From NCBI GenBank assembly GCA_002269645.1, contig NIVC01003061.1, positions 57,834 to 121,833 of the forward strand: a DNA stretch of 64,000 nucleotides, in the 5' to 3' direction. The first letter of the stretch is position 1. Each line of letters starts with the position of its first letter. A program made the translations under genes and the position numbers. This document shows positions 13,285 through 25,810 of this stretch, piece by piece. The notes beneath the pieces are model-generated. The model saw nothing but the letters and a program-made list of their open reading frames with translations, was not told the DNA's origin and did not search any database. This DNA comes from Macrostomum lignano (Eukaryota).

Positions 13285-14195
13285 GAGTGAAGATGGAGTG
13301 ACTGAGGATGGAGTGACAAGAGAGTGAGGAAAGGGTGACAAGAGAGTGAGGAAAGGGTGACAAGAGAGTGAGGATGGAGTGACAAAGATAAAGTGACAAA
13401 AGAGTGAGGATGGAGTGAAAAGCGAGTGAGGATGGAGTGACAAGAGAGTGAGGATAGAGTGACAAGAGAGTGAGGATAGAGTGACAAGAGAGTGAGGATA
13501 GAGTGACAAGAGAGTGAGGATGGAGTGACTGCGGATGGAGTGACAAGAGAGTGAAGATGGAGTGACAAGAGAGTGAGGATGGAGTGACAAAGAGTGAAGA
13601 TGGAGTGACAAGAGAGTGAGGATGGAGTGACAAGAGAGTGAGGATAGAGTGACAAGAGAGTGAGGATGGAGTGACAAGAGAGTGAGGATGGAGTGACAAA
13701 GAGTGAAGATGGAGTGACAAGAGAGTGAGGATGGAGTGACAAGCGAGTGAGGATGGAGTGACAAGAGAGTGAGGATGGAGTGACAAAGAGTGAAGATGGA
13801 GTGACAAGAGAGTGAGGATGGAGTGACAAGCGAGTGAGGATGGAGTGACAAGAGAGTGAGGATGGAGTGACTGCGGATGGAGTGACAAGAGTGTGAGGAT
13901 GGAGTGACTAAAGATGGAGTGACAAGAGTGTGAGGATAGAGTGACAAGAGAGTGAGGATAGAGTGACAAGAGAGTGAGGATAGAGTGACAAGAGAGTGAG
14001 GATGGAGTGTGACAAGAGAATGAGGATAGAGTGACAAGAGAATGAGGATGGAGTGACAAGAGTGAGGATGGAGTGACTGCGGATGGAGTGACAAGAGTGT
14101 GAGGATGGAGTGACTAAAGATGGAGTGACAAGAGTGTGAGGATGGAGTGACAAGAGTGTGAGGATGGAGTGACAAGAGAGTGAGGATAGTGACAA
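13285..14195. repeat. Minisatellite, ~22 bp unit GAGTGACAAGAGAGTGAGGATG
   Basis: Direct tandem copies. Confidence 0.95.
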
Positions 14196-14481
14196 GATGA
14201 GAGTCTAAATAGTTAAGAGTGAAGAGACGCGGAGACAGAGACAGACCATCAAGTAATTGGCGCGCACATGCAGGCAGATACGGTACAAAAAAAGCGCTTT
14301 ATCTAGTCTCAGCCTCACCCACCGATTAGAGTGGCGCCAGCACTAACCAAATAAAGGCGATGCAACAAAAACACAGAGATAGTGACTACTAAAAAAGTAA
14401 AAAAACCTCGTCTACACAGACGGCTAGGGCATGAAAGAAAATATCGCCAAGTCAAAAGTCGATCATATCATTGGATAGCTG

Positions 14482-17400
14482 TCAATAAAATCGCTTCTTT
14501 TTCCTCTGCTGGCGGGTGTGGTACACCAGGCCCAGCACCAGCAGGGTGACCAGACCGATGGCGCAGAACAGAACCAGCAGGAAGATGCGCAGGAAGGACC
14601 AGCCGCTGTCGGCTTGGGAGTCCACGTGAGCTGCCGAGTTGGGAGACGGGAGGAGCGATGGAGGAGAGGCACTGTGGAATCGTGGGGGGCATTGGGGAAT
14701 TTGGGGGAGGCCACTGGGGAATCAGAGGGGGGTTGGGGAATCGGAGGGGGGATTGGGGAATTAGAGGGGATTGGGAATCAGAGAAGGAATTGGGGAATCA
14801 GAGGAGGAATTGGGGAATCAGAGAGGGCACTGGGGTATCAGAGGGGGGATTGGGGAATCAGAGAGGGCACTAGGGAATCAGAGAGAAATTGGGAATCAGA
14901 GAAGGAATTGGGGAATCAGAGGAGGAATTGGGGAATCAGAGAGAGCACTGGGGGATCAGAGAGGGCACTGGGGAATCAGAGAGGGGATTGGGAATCAGAG
15001 AAGGAATTGGAGAATCAGAGGAGGAATCGGGGAATCAGAGAGGGCACTGGGGAATCAGAGGAGGAATTGGGGAATCAGAGAGGGCACTGGGGAATCAAAG
15101 GATGAATTGGGGAATCAGAGAGGGCACTGGGGAATCAGAGAGGGCCCTGGGGAATCAGAGGGGGCACTGGGGAATCAGAGGGGGGATTGGGGAATCAGGG
15201 GGGCACTGGGGAATCAGAGGAGCCACTGGGGAGGCAGAGTTATCAATTAGCAAGCAGTCACGTGACTCACGCCTTGGAGGCTCGGCGCTGTCGGCAGAGG
15301 GCTCGATGGTCCGGTAGTCCACCCCTATGTTGTCCTCCAAAGGCTCTTTCTGTACAATCGGGGAAGCAGGGGTGAGGGTGTGAAATCTTGGACTAGCTTA
15401 GCACTGCGACTTCGGTGTTCTTCGAAAGCTGAGTTCTATCGATTCTGTGCGATCTCTATTCTGAGAATTCTGAGTTCAAGACACTTTTTTTCGTGTATTC
15501 CTTAATCCCTATTCCCCAAATCCCATATCCCTATTCCCAAACCCCAAATCCCATATCCCTATTACCCAAACCACAAATCCCATATCCCTATTACCCAAAC
15601 CACAAATCCCATATCCTTATTACCCAAATCCCATATCCCTATTACCCAAACCACAAATCTTATATCCCTATTCCTTAAATCCCATATACCTATTCCCAAA
15701 ATTCCATACCCCTATTCTCTAAATCTCATATCTCTAAATCTCATATCCCTATTTCCCAAATCCCAAATCTCATATCCCTTTCCCCAAACTCCTATTCTTT
15801 AATCCCCAAATCCCATATGCCCACATAGCAAATCCCGCCCCAAAATCCCGAACAGGGACATCCCTATTCCCAAAAAATCGCACCCTGTTCCTGGAACCCT
15901 AATCCCTGTTACTAAAGTCGCACATCCTGTTCCCAATTGGCAGACTGGCATGTACCGGTTCAATCTCGTAGACCTTCACAGACAGCAGGTCGTGATTATC
16001 CGACAGGTCGCCAGTCATAGCGCTGACTCCGAACACAAAATGAGTTGGCAATTTCACATTTGGCACTCGAAAGCACGGCTGCCAAATTTGCTTATTTTCA
16101 ATATCCGTGGCCACCAATAAAGCGTTGTTGACGTAACGAATGGATAGCAGGGTGTCGTGATCCCGGTTTCTGAAGCGGGCGGTGCAGCCGTCTAGCTGAG
16201 AGTGGGTGCCGTCCCTGTCATGGTCATAGGCCAAGCTGCCATTGTTAACCATAGCCGATATGTATGGATGGTCGTGACTGTGCGGTCCATTGTGGTTGCT
16301 GTAGGTGTCTAAAAGTACACCGAGGCCGCGGAATTTGTCTTGCATGCCGAACACGGGCCCATTGAACTTGCTGACGGCCGGGTCAATGTACCAGAATGCA
16401 ATGCCGTCGCCAAACAAATTTCCAGAGGAGCCGTGCACTCGGAAGTGCATCTGCACCTCCCAGTGACGCATTCGGACTGGGATTTTGCACCATACAGCGC
16501 CTCGGTGCGACTGACTGTCCGGAGTTAGGCGAATGAAATCAGATGCAATCACTGTGCTGCCACCGAAGTCCCAGTGGCCTAAAGAGCGAGTAGAGTGTTG
16601 GAGATTCTTTATAGCTGACTGCCTGAGTGCAGAGTGATACCCAATGTCTCAGAGCACTAAAGACCAGCTTGGCAGTGAGTGAGTGCTACCCCTTGACTAG
16701 ATGTCAGTGAGTGAGTGCTACCCCTTGATTAGATGTCAGTGAGTGAGTGCTACCCCTTGATCAGATGTCAGTGAGTGAGTGCTACCCCTTGATCAGATGT
16801 CAGTGAGTGAGTGCTACCCCTTGATCAGATGTCAGTGAGTGAGTGCTACCCCTTGATCAGATGTCAGTGAGTGAGTGCTACCCCTTGATCAGATGTCAGT
16901 GAGTGAGTGCTACCCCTTGATCAGATGTCAGTGAGTGAGTGCTACCCCTTGATCAGATGTCAGCTACTACTTGATCAGCCTGATAATGACAGTGAAAATC
17001 ATAAACAAAGATAAGCTTTTGCTTAGTTGGTTGGTATCTCATAGTCACTAATTGCTAGTATTTTGATACTGTTTGAGAATAAGAATAAGTAGTCTCAATA
17101 GATTAGGTCAATTTAGAAGTTAAGAAACTTTGTTAATACTTTTTTACTCTATACTACTATCAACATTCAATACATAAACATAACAATATACACATGTATA
17201 TTATATTTATAATTTATAATATCATAGATTTAAAAACAAAATTTATTGCAATATAATTTTTGATATTTGATTTACTTCTTGAGAGAAGTACTTTAGGCCC
17301 CCTTATCCTATTTAAATACCCTATAAGATATGCTGTTTATCATCTACAAACAGATTATTAACTTTATAACAATCAAACCTTGTTTTGTGCTAGAATTTTA

Positions 17401-18940
17401 CACGAAAAAGGCCATCTTCCTGACTATGGCCTTCATATGATCCATAGTCTGGATCATGCTAGGTGTACGCCGGAACAAAAATTGAATAATTACAAATACA
17501 TGCCAGAAAAAATGTAGTGCACACCCAGTCTAAAAAATATGCCGGTGTTGCAACAATAAATGACCTTTTTTATTTTGTGACAATAAAATAATTTTTTTAA
17601 AATTGTGTAATAGACCATTATTACCAGATAATTTGGTTAATTTGGTTGCTTTTTATGCCTTTTCGGCAATACTATTTTATGGCGAAAAATTTATACATGC
17701 AAAAATTTGTTTAAATGCTTTTCTACAAGCTTAAAAAAACTGGAAAGCTTGAAATTAGCGCTTAAAAATGAACTTTATCATTTTTTTTACTTCACAATAA
17801 CTTTTACATGTGATTCTATAAAGTGCATGCCAGGTGTGCACATATACTTTCTTCTCAGGAGTGATACATGCCAACTGTGCACGCCTAATTTTGGCATGCA
17901 AGGCTAATACAAGCCTAAATTTTTAGGCATATACTATATGATCCGGAGTGTAGCATATGATATAGGCCTATTATATTGCCTATTATTACCTTTGCTAAGT
18001 CTTGGCATAAACTTTGACACTTATTAACTCATTGTTTTATTGTTTCAATATTACTTGAAAAGTTTTTCATTATTTTAAATAAAAACTTAAGTCAAGAAAA
18101 GTTTATTGAATGATTTAAAAAAATAGTAGTAGGCCCTAAATCAATAAAAATATGTAACCTTTGTTACTAGTTTAATATTGTTATTAGAATAAGTATTTAG
18201 ATTTAGCAAATAAATTATAGGATTAATTAAGAAGGCAATCCCAAGATATAAATATAATAGCATAATAAAGTGACTTAACTTAATAATTGATAATTATAGA
18301 ACATAGAAGCTAATATTTTTTAATAAAATTAAAATCTACAACATTTTGAAATCTACAACAAATATCAGAATATAGTCAAAGTTTGTAGGCCTATTTTGCA
18401 CACAGTCAGTTTCTTTAGACAAATAGACACGGTTTAAGCTAGAGGCGCAATTGCCTTCTAATAACTACACCAAGCAGTCTCGCGCATGCATAGGCGTATA
18501 TGATATAATTGATCATGGCCTATTTGGCTATTGACATTGTTAGTGCTAAATATTAGACAATAAAGAAAAGTAAAATAAAGACTCTGCAATTTATCTTGAA
18601 AGATAATGTTATCAAAATGTTGTAATTGTGTTCCGAATAGCCTTTTACTTAAATACTAAAACAAAGTTGTTTTCTTTTATTTTAGGTCTACAAATTATGA
18701 AGCAAGGTTTCCATGGGCCATAGATTAGTAGTCATGCTGACATTTAATAATTTAAAGGATACATAAATAAAACATACCCTGAAATGGTTTTGAAAGTGAA
18801 TACTCTTTTTTGAGAAAAGACGTGGGGTTTTCATCGCCAGCAAATTCACTTTGTTCGACAACTATATCATTTGCTGATTGGTGCGCAAAAATGCATAAAA
18901 CAAAAGCTTGAATAATAAAAACAAGAATATTAGCATTCAT
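14482..18940 (-). CDS. LMAN2: VIP36/LMAN2-like L-type (legume-like) cargo lectin; 4 exons: 18940-18778, 16578-15956, 15349-15271, 14630-14482 (337 aa)
   Basis: Signal peptide; EYSLSKPFQG|HWDFGGSTVIASDFIRLTPD; GDGIAFWY; MVNNGSLAYDHDRDG; FRNRDHDT; TGDLSDNHD; TM helix; C-terminal RKKKRFY* typical of VIP36/VIPL. Exon phases 1/0/1 are consistent. LMAN2 versus LMAN2L cannot be resolved by eye. Confidence 0.93.
14690..15235. repeat. Intronic minisatellite, 20-bp unit GGGGAATCAGAGAGGGCACT
   Basis: Fills the last LMAN2-like intron. Confidence 0.93.
15495..15930. repeat. Intronic degenerate minisatellite CCCAAATCCCATATCCCTATT
   Basis: Fills intron 2 of the LMAN2-like gene. Confidence 0.88.
16672..16965. 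repeat. 32-bp tandem repeat GTCAGTGAGTGAGTGCTACCCCTTGATCAGAT, ~9 copies
   Basis: Near-perfect copies in intron 1 of the LMAN2-like gene. Confidence 0.96.
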
Positions 18941-19150
18941 TTAGCAAGAACCTTGTCCAAATAATACAAAAATGCCTTAAGTACTCCTAAAACTGTTGAT
19001 TGCTGGCCTGATACTTTGGCTACCTTTCCTGAAAGTGAATTTGTAGTAAGTGTGGCAGGTGGCTGCCCCTTTTATTAATTTGGTCTACTTAATTTTACAT
19101 TAATCATTATTTTTAATAAAACTTTAAATCGGTTTACCTTTACGTGATGG

Positions 19151-20880
19151 TGTTGTCCCAACCCGGAATTGTTCTCCCACGCCGAGACGTTTTCCGTCAC
19201 GCTCCCCGTCCCGTAATGGGACTGCTAATCTCCCTTTTGCGTATAATTGTTTCCAGTTGCTTATTATACTTCGTAACCCCCTTAATTCAATACTTTTGCT
19301 TTTCCTACCTGTGCGTGTTTATTTTTTCCTTTTGTGGTCCAGCCGAGGTAGAGTTTGAGGCAATTATATATTGATGTTCGTTTCGGTGTAAACTGCATCC
19401 TTCTCCGCCTCCTCGTTCTTTTCTTAGTTTTCTGTGATGGGTTTCGCCCTTTCGGCCCCCTTGTGGGGAAGCTTTCGGGCCTCAGGTCTCAGAAATAAAT
19501 CAATTAGAGTCCTGGCCCCCCACTCCTGTCAGATGGTCAGCCCCATGGTTGCTTGATCGTGTGGCGAGCAGTCTAGGTCCTATTGCTAAGAGAGGGACAG
19601 CGAGAGACAAGCAGGGAGAATTTTGAAGGTAGAAATTAGCCAATCCGCAGTTCAACTAACTTGCTGCCACCAGCACGTGCGCCCTGGCTCACCACACCGG
19701 GACTCTCGAAATCGGGCTTCCGACTAGAAGGGGCTTTGCACTTACCTGCCAACTAGTGTCTTTTTGCTGTCAATCTCGAAGTCATAGCCGATGTTAAGGG
19801 ACACTGCTGGGACTAGATCGCATTGACCATACAGGTACAGAGGGGACTTGTGCAGGGGATTCTTGCAGTGGCGAGACTATGCAGGGGTAGCTACATGTAC
19901 TATTACATGGCTAAATACGAAGAATTGTACTTTTGGCCTTCAACGCGCCAACTAGCCTCTCCTAGCGCTGATGATAGGCTAACTCGAACATCAGAGACCG
20001 CATGGTTCATTACCCGAGCCGCTTGGCGAACCTAGAGTCCACAGAGTACATCTCTGGCGCCGATTCTGCACTACTGGCTGTTTTGCTCACTGATTTGATT
20101 GATTGATCGACTGAGAACTGCCTTGCCATTGGTCCACTGTGACCAGCGCCTACTAGCTTAGCTACTCATCTGAGCCATCGGCGAACAAAGAAATAAAACC
20201 GATAAAAATAACTGTCAGATTTAACCTTCTCCTCAGATCACTTCACACTTCAGATTGAATTGGAGTTTTAGACTACTAGCAGTATTATTGAATGACTTCT
20301 ACTGAACAGCACTACTGAACAAAAAGAGCAAAAGTGTGCGCCTAATCCAGCTACTGAAACAGGGGACAGATAAGGGATCACCCAATCAAGCAAGTCTAGG
20401 CAGCCTCTCACCCAACCAAATCAGAAACTCAACAGCCGGAGACCAGGTAATCCACAGTGACCGAATCGGCTTGGTGCTTCGCAGCTGTAGACCCGGGATG
20501 ATGCTGATGTCACAACCTTCGCAGATAGCTTGCAGGTGATGCTCTTAACTTTGATGTTCGCTGCTGATGACCGGGGGACTCGTCCTTGATGATGATGGGG
20601 GAGGTCGCAATCCGGGGATCAAGAAACGACAGTCGCGCTCCGGGACGTCTCAATCTAGGCTAAGATCCCAGGAGGAGTTGGTCCAAGCGGGCCAAAAACA
20701 CCGGTTTAAATAGCCGCCAACTGGACCGCAGTTTGTTATAATGGAACACGTCGATTCTGATTGGCTGAGCCGATTTGTTAAAATGAGCGTCGAATTTTCT
20801 GATTGGCTAAGCTGGTTGCTACCCAGAATCCCGTGACCGGGAGATCCTATCAGTGCCCTCGGGGTCGTAAAAACATAACA
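19151..20880. mobile_element. Probable LTR or LTR-retrotransposon non-coding remnant
   Basis: Bounded by TGTTGT...ATAACA, shifts in composition relative to the AT-rich flank, and lies just upstream of a Gypsy integrase remnant. No matching TSD found. Confidence 0.3.
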
Positions 20881-21248
20881 GGTGCGGCCATAAATCAATC
20901 AAAATCGCAACAAAATGATTTATGACTTTTCGCGTAGAATTGACAAAAATTAATGAAAAAATATACATTAGAAAGCTCTTATTAAATAGAAAGTGAAGAT
21001 AATGAAGAGAAATCACTAATCGCTAATCCCAAAGTACTTTTAGCGGTAAAACGCATAGCTGTCAAAGACCTCCGATCTCCAACTGGTAAGTCTCATCTCG
21101 GTTCTGTGGTACTCTACCATCCATCCTACTCAATCAGATAATCCCAGACCCGTCCCACAGTCTCAGCAGCCTTCATGGTGCACTCTCTCCTACTCATTTG
21201 CCCATTCAGTGCTGTGTAGGATATATCTTTAACATGTATTATTAATAG

Positions 21249-22190
21249 CTGAAGAGCATTCTCACCTGTCTCCTTGAGCGCAACCATAATGACTGGGACA
21301 CCTTCCTCCCGGCCTGCCTGATGGCTCTCCGCTCCAGTGTACACACTGTGACAAGATTCACGCCCAACTATCTGGTGTTTGGCCGTGACTTCCGACTCCC
21401 GATCTACAACGCGTTGAAAAAGCTGCCCGAATATGCTGATTTGCCCGGCTATGTCAAGGACTTCCAGCGCCGTCTGGACGAGGCCACTTAGCTGGCCAAG
21501 GATCGTCTGCACCTTCATCAGCAGCTGCGAGACGCGCACTATTCCAACCTGCCGAAGGCCAAGAAGCTCAAGCCCGGTGATCTGGTCTTTCTCAACAACC
21601 CTGTGCTCTAACCAGACGAGGCATCGAAGTTTCATCGACCCCGCAAAGCACTCTACGAAGTCATCGAGCCCAGAGGCGAGGTGGTCTACAAAATTCGCCA
21701 AAGACTGCCGAATCCACGAGCTAGACGGGATGAACTAGTTGTTCATCGCCGCAACCTGCTCCACGTCCCTGATGGTGACTCGCGACCCTGCCACCGGTCC
21801 CCGACGACGGTCTAGAAGATCCCGACGATGACGAGGATGACGACGTGAGGCCGGCCCTCTGGTGGTGTTTCCGGCCTCTGGCGATCCTGGAGGTGCAGCC
21901 AGGAGGTGGACCGATCACGACACCAGCGAACCAGGCAAGTGCACTTCGGCGTGAGCCAGTGCTGTATGGTGAATGCCACTTGCGTGAGCCTGTTTCAAAT
22001 GCATCTGTGCCTGCTGTTTCTTTTTTGGCCGTCTATGCGCCCGCTCCCCCTGAACCTTCTTCTGCGGTGCAGTCTTGTGCACCATCGCCATGCACCACTT
22101 AGGCGGAAGCGCCTTTAGGACCGGTAGGGTTAGGTAGGCCAGTTAGGGATCGTAGGCCTCCAGAGAGGCTCTTATTAGCAATACTAGGCC
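21249..22190 (+). mobile_element. Ty3/Gypsy integrase C-terminal remnant with in-frame stops
   Basis: LKSILTCLLERNHNDWDTFLPACLMALRSSVHTVTRFTPNYLVFGRDFRLP...LKPGDLVFL...YEVIEPRGEVVYKI...VHRRNLL, and a terminal RDRRPPERL-type motif. Confidence 0.85.
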
Positions 22191-24629
22191 TCAAATGTAT
22201 GTTAGTCGCACCGCCCGCATGCGCGCACAAATTTTAACTCATTTCAGCGCAGCAATGCATCCAACGCGCCCCACTAAGCGTACGGATCGGTCTAACTCTG
22301 ACGAGTGGGAGAGAGGTTGGCTGTGACCGACTTTTTGTTGCATGCTGGTCCGGCCATCGGGGCCGCCGCCGGCCAACTGGAAGGCGCACCACGACAGGCT
22401 CCCGTCCTGCTTGTGCACCCGTGGCTGCGGCTGGGTCAGCCGACACGAGAGAAGGTCTTCGTCACCGCCGCCAGGCGGGTGTCGCCCCAACCTGAGCGAA
22501 GGGAGCGCGCGTCGTCGAGGAACCGCCGGTCTCGTCGCCGCCGCAGCAGGCGAGCCGTGGCCGCCCCGGTGGAGGTCGTCGACCTCACCCTTGATTCCCC
22601 TCCGCATGTGAGGCGGCTGCGTGATTAAGAACCGCGTACCAGCTGGCCGGAAGATCACCAGCAGCCCGCCGCCGGTTTCGCCACTCTGCGCGAGCAGTTT
22701 CTAGCCCGCAGAGCCCAGGAGTATGCTCAGCCAACGGCCTGCCACGCCACAGTCACGGGTCATCGGCCGTCATCTTCCAGCCCCACGGCCCTGATAGGCC
22801 ATCAGCCCGGCCCGGCCGGCTGGAGCACAGGCGAGAGTGCCGGATATGCCACTGCTGTTCCCGGCTCGGGTAGGTGAGACTGGTGAGAGTCGGCACAAAG
22901 AATTCAGCCAAGAATTATTTTTGGTAAAGATTGCACTTTTGAATGAGTTACATCCCCACTTTTATTTGCCTGCAGGAGTCATTAGAGAGCGCGCGTTGCT
23001 TAGATCCTGCCCGACTAATAATGTACACGAGCATCAAGCAAAGCAGCGGGACGGTTCTTCATATTAATTCAACCGGTTCAATATTTAAAAAGTCCAGCGA
23101 CTTTGGTTTCTATACCCTATATTGACCACAGCATCCAAAACAGAGCAATTTTACTCCATCGCTGACTGCATCACAAATGAACACAATGTACGAGCTAGCT
23201 TCAGTATCAACTTTTCTTCGCTTGCTGAGACATCATATCTTAAATTTGATTTCCATTGTCGGGCAGTCATACCTGCTCATTATTTCCGTCACTGATTTTT
23301 AATGGGCGCTGATTCACAGCTGTTTGGAATTTCAGCAGTGCGACTTGGAAACTTATCTAGGGTTATATTTTCATTATTTTGAAAAGGCGTAAACATATGA
23401 TCATACAAACGGAATATTTTTATGCAAGAACCACTTAATGCATTCGGCAAGACGGTATTTGAGGCCAAAAAGTCACTAACAACGCTCGTGTCGCAGAGGC
23501 CGAAGGCGACACACGCAGCCGCCTGTGGCTGATACCCCGGAGGTAGAGCCGCGGCGAAATCCTTCTAAGTTCTCACCCACGCTTCGGCACCGAGCCAAGA
23601 TCAAGCTCTAGCTCTCGCGGACGTGGTGGGACGGGGCCATTGCGGCCTACCGTCAAGACTTCGTCAAGACCACGCCAGGGAGACGGCGCGTGGAGTCGGT
23701 CAGGCCGGTGCCATGACCCCCCTCCCTCGTTTCAGGCACCTGACAGAAAGCGGCCACCGGCTTTTGCCCAGTGACTCGCCCGTGAGCACCCCGATAGACG
23801 CGGTCGACTCAGCGGATGAACGACCAATGCACCGAAACGCCGGCCTACATTCAAGGCAGCGAGGAAGCGGGCTAGCCGATGCCCTCCGTGACGTGCTCCC
23901 GGTGGCCCCGCCGCCATCCCTGGCTGGCCCAGTCGAGGTCTGTGACGTCGGAGTCCAGGTCGTCGAGCTGGAGCTGGGCTAGACGAGAGATCCTGACCAC
24001 GAAGACGGCCCTTCCTCATGGTTGGAGCCGCCATGTACCTAGGCGGACTCTTTCTCACGGCAGCCCGAAGCGAGACTTGGCCCGGATACTTCAGCTGGCC
24101 CCGCTGGGTGCGGCTCCGCGAGTTGTCCGATCGCAACCGCCAGGAAGTGCTCGACTCCGCAGCTCGCCTGGCCAGCCCCGAGATCGAACAAAGCCGCTAC
24201 CCGACGATCATACAGGCGGTAGCCCTGCTGGCGGCCACTAACCTTATGGGCCAGCCGCCAGACATCCCGGACGCCATCCTCAAGGCTGTCACGCCCTGGA
24301 TGTGTACCTGTGAGGCCACGTGCTTGGCTGTCAGCCTTAATGGGCATAGAACTGTCGAGATTTGTGATGCGCTGCATCAACACTTAGAAACGCTAGCGAA
24401 TCTCGCATCTGTCCTCGCACCAGGGCTTCTGTCTGCCGCTGGGCATTTGCTCGGGTCCGCTCTTGTCCTCGCTCGCTTGCTCTCGTTTGCAGTGCCCAGA
24501 CAGCTTGGGCTGGCCTGCCTGTTTCGTTCTCGGTTTGGCACTTCCATTTTTGGAGTGTCGCTCTGTTTTCCGATCCCAAGGTCACTGGTGGCTTCAACAG
24601 TGGGCCTTTTTCCCCTTTTTATGTGAGTC

Positions 24630-25060
24630 AGTCACATGACAAGGCCTTTTTTGTCTTGTTAGTCCAAAGTGCAATGATTTCATCATTGTGCGTTGGGCCC
24701 ATGTTTGTGGGGAAATCACATGCACCCAGATCCCTGCCTCCTCTGAACAAAACCCGTACACCAGCCAGTTTACAGCTCCAAGTTTTCTAGGCTTGGTGTT
24801 GGTCTCTCTTTGCCAATGTGTGAAGGCCTAGTAATTTAATTTAGTTTCGTCCCCTAATGTACAATTATCGACCTGACTGAACCAATTCCTCTATTGCCTT
24901 GTTTAGTTTTTTATTTGCTTTATTTAAATATATACGGAATTGTGGACCATGTGTGCAAGCCCTGAAGATGACCGCTTGTGTCAAAACGCGTTGACTATAA
25001 ATTTACTTGTATGTTGGTGTTAACCTTCATTTTCTATTACTTATTAAACGAGCATCGCTA
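24630..25060 (+). mobile_element. Penelope-like element 3' remnant (GIY-YIG tail plus pLTR-like region)
   Basis: Degenerate ...RSLPPLNK.. resembling the GIY-YIG C-terminus, followed by an AT-rich UTR containing a minimal hammerhead motif. Confidence 0.5.
24959..24995 (+). ncRNA. Decayed minimal hammerhead ribozyme (Penelope-type)
   Basis: GCC-CTGAAGA-T-GAC(cgcttgt)GTC-AAAA-CGCGT-T-GAC: CUGANGA core, stem II GAC/GTC, palindromic stem III ACGCGT. GAAA is mutated to AAAA and the stem I partner GGC to GAC. Confidence 0.55.
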
Positions 25061-25309
25061 CCAGATTATTAGTTTTATAGTTATAGTTTTATTTTTCATA
25101 GTATAATGTCCAATCAAGATTCGAACAACAAATCATCGCAACCGACGAGCAAAAGAAGTCGTAAGGAAGATGGCTTCACCGAGGCGATCGCTGCAATGGA
25201 CGACATGGTCCTGCAGAATGCATCCGGACCGACTACTCACCTTCAGTTCCCGGACTCCCCGGATGTCACGGAGGCTGAAAAATACGGTACAGACACGACG
25301 CTCGGATCA

Positions 25310-25810
25310 AGTGCTTCACTAACATGCTGCAGTCAGTGGCTGACGACTGCTACCAACAACTCATCCAGGATGTCCTGCCTCTAGCTTTTAAGCACCGCCA
25401 ACATGAGCGCCGCCTGGTCTACTGGTATGGGCCGCAGTACTCTTATTTGGGTGTTCCGCTCTAGCCTAACAATAACTGGCCCCCTGTAGTAGAAAAAATT
25501 AAGCGATTCCTCATCAACAAAGCCAACCTCCCAGCACCAGAATTTAACTCATGCCTAGTTAACTTCTACACTACGGCATCAGAAAGGATCCCTTCACGCC
25601 GACAATGAACCCGAGATTGGCCAGCGTCCCTACATCGCCACAGTCTCCTTTCTCCTTGGGCGCGATCAGGTCTTTCTGGATCAAAATTTAGGACCACACC
25701 AGGCTCTGTAATCCTCATGTCTGGATCTACGCAGCAGCACTGCCAGTACTCTGTGCCAGAATGCAGGAAGCAAGAAGGTGTACGAGTCTCACTCACCCTC
25801 CGTGTCACTA
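25310..25810 (+). pseudogene. AlkB-family (ALKBH2/3-like) 2OG-Fe(II) dioxygenase domain within the LINE ORF1 region
   Basis: RRLVYWYGPQYSY...EFNSCLVNFY..(frameshift)HADNEPEIGQRPYIATVSF...GSVILMSGSTQQHCQYSVP...GVRVSLTLR. HxD at 25595, RxxxxxR at 25783-25803. The distal His position reads Y (TAC). Confidence 0.85.

Noticed and set aside
6182-14195. Long low-complexity ORFs (e.g. 6182-6802, 7366-8526, 11487-12626, 13139-14175)
   Set aside because: They are translations of stop-free minisatellites, open in several frames at once, with no domain content.
15847-15861. CCGAACAGGGAC resembling a tRNA-Lys primer-binding site
   Set aside because: It lacks the 5' TGGCG, has no adjacent LTR, and sits inside a degenerate intronic minisatellite.
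9314-18940. Functional lectin cluster (C-type next to L-type lectin)
   Set aside because: The folds and roles are unrelated (surface receptor versus ER-Golgi cargo receptor); adjacency alone is not evidence.
20558-20632. CTGATGA...GAAA possible hammerhead ribozyme
   Set aside because: The intervening sequence does not form a closing stem II and stems I/III are not evident.
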